Of a stretch of 64,000 nucleotides of DNA, positions 59,484 through 64,000 are shown one piece after another. Source of the DNA: Candidatus Levyibacteriota bacterium. Its GTDB lineage: Bacteria; Patescibacteriota; Microgenomatia; Levybacterales; UBA12049. The notes beneath the pieces were generated by a model. That model made no database searches and had not been told where the DNA came from. It was given only the letters and a program-made list of their open reading frames with translations. Location: contig JAYRIM010000023.1 of the NCBI GenBank assembly GCA_041906785.1, forward strand, positions 19-64,018. Direction: 5' to 3'. Position numbers and translations under genes: made by a program. How positions within the stretch are numbered: the stretch's first letter is position 1; the number at the start of each line of letters is the position of its first letter.

Positions 59484-61625
59484 TTACTGAGTCTGCATAT
59501 TTTGTAAAAACTCATCTGCATTTCTCACAAGCACCTCTCTGGGCTTTGAACCTTCTGCAGGTCCGACAATACCTACTTCTTCAAGTTGATCTAAAATTCT
59601 TGCGGCTCTTGAATACCCAATAGACATTTTTCTTTGCAAGAATGATGCTGAAGCAGTATCAAACTGGCATATCAAACGGATAACATCTTCAAACATAGGA
59701 TCACGACCGTCACTTGATCCACCAGTAGCGACAGTGCCTCCACGGCCTTTTGCTCCCACAGGTTGTGTAAGAATTTCTTCTGTATATTCGACTGTAATAT
59801 TTTTAGATTTAAGGAATTCCACCAGTCTCTTTACTTCTTTTTCAGAGACAAATGCTCCTTGAATTCTTGTTGGTTTTGCTTGATCCGGCGGAACATATAA
59901 CATATCACCTCTTCCAAGAAGCTTTTCTGCTCCTGGAGTATCTAGAATAACCCTCGAATCGATCATAGAAGAAACATTAAATGCAATTCTGCAGGGAATA
60001 TTGGCTTTAATAAGACCTGTAATAACGTTAACCGACGGTCGCTGAGTAGCAATAACTAAATGTATACCTGTCGCACGTGCCATTTGCGCTAGGCGGGCTA
60101 TAGAATCTTCGACCTCAACTGGAGCAAACATCATGAGGTCTGCAAGTTCATCGATAATGATTACTATATAGGGTAACGCTTGAAACCCTGACAGTTCATT
60201 ATAGCCTTCAATATTACGCACTCCCCGTTCAGAGAATAATTTATACCGTCTATCCATCTCATTCATAGACCATTTTAACGCAGAGAGAATTTTATCTGGT
60301 TCAACGATAACAGGAGTCAGAAGATGAGGAATTCCATTATAACTAGTAAATTCTACACGCTTTGGATCAACAAGAATTAACTTAACTTCTTGAGGCGAAG
60401 CCCGAAAAAGTAATGATGAAATGAACGCATTGATAAGAACTGATTTTCCTGAACCTGTAGTACCAGCTACAAGCACATGTGGCATTTTCGCTAGGTCTGC
60501 TACTACTGGACTTCCCGAGACATCAAGGCCTAACGAAACAGTCAGCTTTGACTTCCCTTTTTGCATTACAGTTGATGCAAGCATTGTACGTAAGGGTACT
60601 ACTTCTAAACTTCTATTAGGTATTTCTATTCCAACTAAATTTCTACCTGGAATCGGTGCTTCTATACGAATTTGTCCTGTAGGAGCTTCAGTAGCAAGTG
60701 CTAAATCATTTGTTAATGATGTTATTTTCGATACTTTTGTTCCCAGAGCAAGTTCTAGTGCATATTGGGTAACTGCAGGTCCGAGATTTACTTCGACAAC
60801 ATGTGCATCAACTCCGAAACTTTGCAATGTTTTTTCTATAACAGAAGCGATTTTATTTATATCTCCACGTTCTGCTTTTTTACCTTGTTCATCAGGCAAT
60901 AGAGAAAGTGGTGGATATTCCCAGATACCTGTGTTTGGAGTAGATAACATGTTTGCCACAATCTTTTCAGAAAGGAGTTCAGGATTCTTCTTATTTTGTG
61001 CCGGTCCTGCTATAGGTGTCTCTACCTGAGCTAATGCTTCTTTTGAAGATCCCTTAATAGTCATTGGTTTACTTCTATCTAAAGCAGGCGCTACCCTTAC
61101 TCCCTTTTTCAAAAAATTGAATGTTTTAACAGGGAATAGCTTTGGGATTGTATGCCAAACTGCAGCAAGCGCCTGAACAATCTCATCAATAGATGTGTCA
61201 AAAAATACAATATTACCAATGACTACACCCGCAATAAAAATTAAATCTGTCAGTAAGATACCAAGCATTTCATTTAATAAAGAGAAAATTCCATTACCGG
61301 CCGTACCACTTTTTGTAAGCCCAATGAGAGAAATAAAAAATAAAAGATACCCAATTGCGACATGGGGTCGTGAGAGGTAAAACTTTTTCATTTTAAGAAT
61401 AAAGAAGCCAAAGAAAAAAGGAACGAATATTGAAAAAAATGCTGCAGATCCAAAATATTCAGATAATTTTTCTCTAATCCGTAGAGCAGAAGATCCACTA
61501 TTTACAAAAGAAACGAGTGCTAATATAAACGCACCAAAAAGGAATGTAGCAAAGATACTATAGACTGTACCTTTTTTTAATACGAGCTTTGAACGTCGTC
61601 TCCGGTGTCTTTTACTAAAAAGCAT
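59484..61625 (-). CDS. ftsK: DNA translocase FtsK/SpoIIIE. Likely start at MLFSKRHRRRRS; the track's 26 extra N-terminal codons are encoded by heptamer repeats.
   Basis: N-terminal TM helices. Motor domain Walker A AGTTGSGKSV, Walker B IIIDELADL. Gamma-domain-like C-terminus. Confidence 0.85.
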   Translation of the reverse strand: MLFSKRHRRRRSKLVLKKGTVYSIFATFLFGAFILALVSFVNSGSSALRIREKLSEYFGSAAFFSIFVPFFFGFFILKMKKFYLSRPHVAIGYLLFFISLIGLTKSGTAGNGIFSLLNEMLGILLTDLIFIAGVVIGNIVFFDTSIDEIVQALAAVWHTIPKLFPVKTFNFLKKGVRVAPALDRSKPMTIKGSSKEALAQVETPIAGPAQNKKNPELLSEKIVANMLSTPNTGIWEYPPLSLLPDEQGKKAERGDINKIASVIEKTLQSFGVDAHVVEVNLGPAVTQYALELALGTKVSKITSLTNDLALATEAPTGQIRIEAPIPGRNLVGIEIPNRSLEVVPLRTMLASTVMQKGKSKLTVSLGLDVSGSPVVADLAKMPHVLVAGTTGSGKSVLINAFISSLLFRASPQEVKLILVDPKRVEFTSYNGIPHLLTPVIVEPDKILSALKWSMNEMDRRYKLFSERGVRNIEGYNELSGFQALPYIVIIIDELADLMMFAPVEVEDSIARLAQMARATGIHLVIATQRPSVNVITGLIKANIPCRIAFNVSSMIDSRVILDTPGAEKLLGRGDMLYVPPDQAKPTRIQGAFVSEKEVKRLVEFLKSKNITVEYTEEILTQPVGAKGRGGTVATGGSSDGRDPMFEDVIRLICQFDTASASFLQRKMSIGYSRAARILDQLEEVGIVGPAEGSKPREVLVRNADEFLQNMQTQ

Positions 61626-61662
61626 AGGCAGGATATTGTCAACTTGAACCTGATTCAGAATC

Positions 61663-61770
61663 AAATTTCCAGTTTCAAATTGCCAATTTCGAATTAGTTT
61701 CAAGTTGCTAATTCATAAATTTATCAATTAGAAATTAATTGGAAACTGGAAACTCGAAATTGGAAACTTT
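61663..61770. promoter_or_regulatory. Inverted arrays of four TTTCNAR heptamers (61663-61695) and four YTNGAAA heptamers (61737-61770) flanking the palindrome CAATTAGAAATTAATTG, at the ftsK 5' end
   Basis: Direct reading. Left arm AAA|TTTCCAG|TTTCAAA|TTGCCAA|TTTCGAA|TT. Right arm AA|TTGGAAA|CTGGAAA|CTCGAAA|TTGGAAA|C. Confidence 0.55.
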
Positions 61771-61778
61771 CCGCTAAG

Positions 61779-61835
61779 ATGCTGAAACAAGCCTTCGGCT
61801 CTGACGCTCAGGTTCAGGCTCGAAGAGTTCAGCAT
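61779..61835. other. GC-rich nested stem-loop element (8-bp outer, 5-bp middle, 4-bp inner stems). Candidate structured RNA or regulatory element.
   Basis: ATGCTGAA-acaagc-CTTCG-gct-CTGA-cgc-TCAG-gttcaggct-CGAAG-ag-TTCAGCAT. No flanking U-tract, so not a canonical terminator. Confidence 0.35.
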
Positions 61836-61949
61836 GACATACTATTGAGACAATATCATAATAGCAAGATCTAGTGCATATTTCAATTCTACAACTAAAC
61901 TATCTTTAACATCCTACTATAGGAATATAAACTTGCTATACTCTATTAT

Positions 61950-62438
61950 ATGATTATCTCTTTATTCTTTACTATCCTCTTTGTTTTCCTTTTAATAATT
62001 TCTTTTCTCAAAATCAGAAACAGTAAAAAAAGTTTTCAGTTTATTTATTCATGGGCATGGCCTCTAGGAGCATTTGTTTGGGAAGATCTTTTCATATTTA
62101 GCTTATTAGGACTTATTATTACAAGTATTGTCTCTTTAACAAATGATGCACGAATAGGTTATTTATTTTTCCTAGTTTTCTGGATAGTAAGAAGTGGAGG
62201 TGAAAGCCTTTACTTTTTTCTTCAACAATTTTTTGAACCCAAACAATATCCTCATGATATAAAAGATCAATTAAAAATCCTACGATATATATTCGGCAAT
62301 ATTTCAGAACAGAAAGGTTATATTCTCTTACAGGTCTTCCACCAGTCCGTAGTCGTTATAGCAATAGTTTTAACAATTCTTCTACTTCTCAATTGGAATA
62401 ATGTCCAATCTTCTCAACAAACTTTTTTATTTGAGTAA
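61950..62438 (+). CDS. Hypothetical polytopic membrane protein
   Basis: 162 aa, about 4 TM. TATACT box 7 nt upstream of the ATG. Confidence 0.4.
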   Translation: MIISLFFTILFVFLLIISFLKIRNSKKSFQFIYSWAWPLGAFVWEDLFIFSLLGLIITSIVSLTNDARIGYLFFLVFWIVRSGGESLYFFLQQFFEPKQYPHDIKDQLKILRYIFGNISEQKGYILLQVFHQSVVVIAIVLTILLLLNWNNVQSSQQTFLFE

Positions 62439-62449
62439 TAAGGAAGAAA

Positions 62450-63997
62450 TCAAATCTCTATAATAACTGACATCACAAGAGGTTGACGTTTCATCGTACG
62501 AACAATAAATTTGCTCGCGATCCCTTCTATCATACGCCGTAGATGAACCCAATTAGTAACTCTCTCCGTTTTTAATGCTAACTTCTGTTCAATTTCTCTC
62601 TTCAATTGTTTCTCCAACGCCTGTGAATCGACTCCAGTAAAACCCCGTGTAACAATACCGAAGTTATCAGCTAGTTGCCCATCTTCAGCACTTATCTCAG
62701 TGAGAATAACGATAATTCCGTCATGAGCCAATTTTTCTCTATCACGTAAAATAAAGCTTTCAATCTCTTCACCTGATAATTGATCAACATACACATTTCG
62801 TATAGGAATTTTCTTTCCTCTCGTCACTGAATTTTTCGTAAAGATAAATTCTTGCCCGTTTTGTAATAGAAAAATATTTTTTCTAAAATATCCCATTTGT
62901 TCCGCAAGCGCGCGGTATGTCACCATATGACGATAGGTTCCGCTAATAGGTGCGAGAAATTTCGGTTTTGTTAATGCTATAAGAAGTTTTCGGTCATCCG
63001 CATATCCATGTCCAGAAACGTGAAATGCATGGCTTAAATCCGAATACATGACTGTCGCACCCCGCTTCGCAATTGTATCAATAAGAGAATAGACAGAAAT
63101 CTCATTACCAGGAATTGTATCTGATGAGAAAACCACCATATCATCTGGGAGAAGTCGAATATCTTTATGTTCACCTTGCGCGATTCTGGTTAATGCAGAG
63201 TTTTCCTGTCCTTGACTCCCTGCTACTAAAAGAACAAGTTTATGGTCATCGATATTTTTTAGCTGATCTATCGTTACTTCTGTTCCTTTATTCATATGCA
63301 ACAATCCTAACTGTAATCCGACATCCTTTACTTTAATAAGCGATCTACCAACAAAACAAACTTTTCTTCCATGTTTTTCTGCCGCTGCAATAGCCTGGTT
63401 TAAACGGGCAATATTTGAAGAATATGTTGTAAGGATAAATTTTCCACGACATTTTTCCAACGCAGCACTAATATTATCAGCAAGTGGCTTCTCTGATGGA
63501 GATAAACCTGGTTGTTCAACGTTTAAACAGTCAGATAATAAACATAGTACACCTTTTTTTGCAGTGTTCGCAATTCCTTGATAATCTGACTGAATATTAT
63601 CTTCAGGCGTTAAGTCAAATTTATAATCTGCCCCATGATAAAAGTTTCCAGCTGGAGTTTCTATAAAAATATGTGTACTCTCAGGCACAGAATGCGTAAT
63701 TTTTATAAATGTCGTTGTAAAAAAGTTACCTAGTTTTACAGAATTGTTTCCTTCTAAAGGAACTGCTTTTACAAGTGGCCCCAACCGGAATTCTTTAAGT
63801 TTATCATTCACTAATGCAGATGTGAGACGTGAGGCATAAATGGGAAAATCTCCTTTTTTTTCCACCAATTGTGGGTAAATAAAAGGAACTGCTCCTATAT
63901 GATCTTCATGACCATGTGATAACACCATACCAACGATTTTCTTATCTGTTTGCAATAGATAGGTAATATCAGGTAGAAGGAGGTCAACCCCGAGCAT
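62450..63997 (-). CDS. rnj: Ribonuclease J (metallo-beta-lactamase/beta-CASP), 5' end truncated by the window edge
   Basis: HGHEDHIGA motif II. beta-CASP and C-terminal domain. The first about 50 residues, including the HxHxDH start, would lie beyond 64000. Confidence 0.8.
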   Translation of the reverse strand: MLGVDLLLPDITYLLQTDKKIVGMVLSHGHEDHIGAVPFIYPQLVEKKGDFPIYASRLTSALVNDKLKEFRLGPLVKAVPLEGNNSVKLGNFFTTTFIKITHSVPESTHIFIETPAGNFYHGADYKFDLTPEDNIQSDYQGIANTAKKGVLCLLSDCLNVEQPGLSPSEKPLADNISAALEKCRGKFILTTYSSNIARLNQAIAAAEKHGRKVCFVGRSLIKVKDVGLQLGLLHMNKGTEVTIDQLKNIDDHKLVLLVAGSQGQENSALTRIAQGEHKDIRLLPDDMVVFSSDTIPGNEISVYSLIDTIAKRGATVMYSDLSHAFHVSGHGYADDRKLLIALTKPKFLAPISGTYRHMVTYRALAEQMGYFRKNIFLLQNGQEFIFTKNSVTRGKKIPIRNVYVDQLSGEEIESFILRDREKLAHDGIIVILTEISAEDGQLADNFGIVTRGFTGVDSQALEKQLKREIEQKLALKTERVTNWVHLRRMIEGIASKFIVRTMKRQPLVMSVIIEI

Positions 63998-64000
63998 TGT

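Noticed and set aside
60421-61029. 202-aa plus-strand ORF
   Set aside because: It lies entirely antisense within the ftsK motor domain and has no independent signals.

Overview
This is an AT-rich, densely coding bacterial chromosomal segment with about 60 genes, no rRNA, tRNA, CRISPR array or obvious mobile element. The most interesting unexplained feature is one operon on the minus strand, 42869-49666: a 1123-aa signal-peptide-bearing polytopic membrane protein with an internally duplicated tail, followed by two membrane-anchored S8 subtilases. Two other things stand out: a lineage-specific family of three surface proteins that share a conserved N-terminal motif, and four-copy heptamer repeat arrays at the murJ and ftsK promoters.

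The core is housekeeping. From low to high coordinates it holds:
- tRNA t6A genes tsaC and tsaE.
- A lamin-tail-domain (LTD) surface protein.
- An envelope-remodelling cluster: M23 peptidase (EnvC-like), ftsX and ftsE.
- A first sortase locus with an LPPTG surface protein.
- An MFS transporter, prfB (RF2) and rpoD.
- A D-2-hydroxyacid dehydrogenase and an AlkA-type glycosylase.
- A glycogen block: 4-alpha-glucanotransferase, alpha-glucan phosphorylase and glycogen synthase.
- An RsmB-like rRNA methyltransferase, an orphan receiver domain and pfkA.
- A nucleotide-sugar modification cluster: DegT aminotransferase, FdtA-like 3,4-ketoisomerase, GT4 glycosyltransferase and an unknown 410-aa protein.
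- A KMO-like flavin monooxygenase and a PEBP protein.
- secA, serS, rpsT, murJ, groES/groEL and lepA.
- The subtilase / giant-membrane-protein operon, then an IMPase, a short-form alaS and a second sortase locus.
- A thymidine/AMP-phosphorylase-family gene, mltG, a ytxG/ytxH-like pair, rodZ-like, ftsK and a 5'-truncated RNase J.

The small protein sizes, Thr/Pro-linker surface proteins, LTD protein and short AlaRS fit a reduced CPR/Patescibacteria-like genome; this is inference only.

Besides these, noncoding signals include: many start codons sit 6-8 nt downstream of a TAnAAT box with no SD (candidate leaderless mRNAs), and a polybasic 19-codon sORF plus intrinsic terminator sits just upstream of secA.
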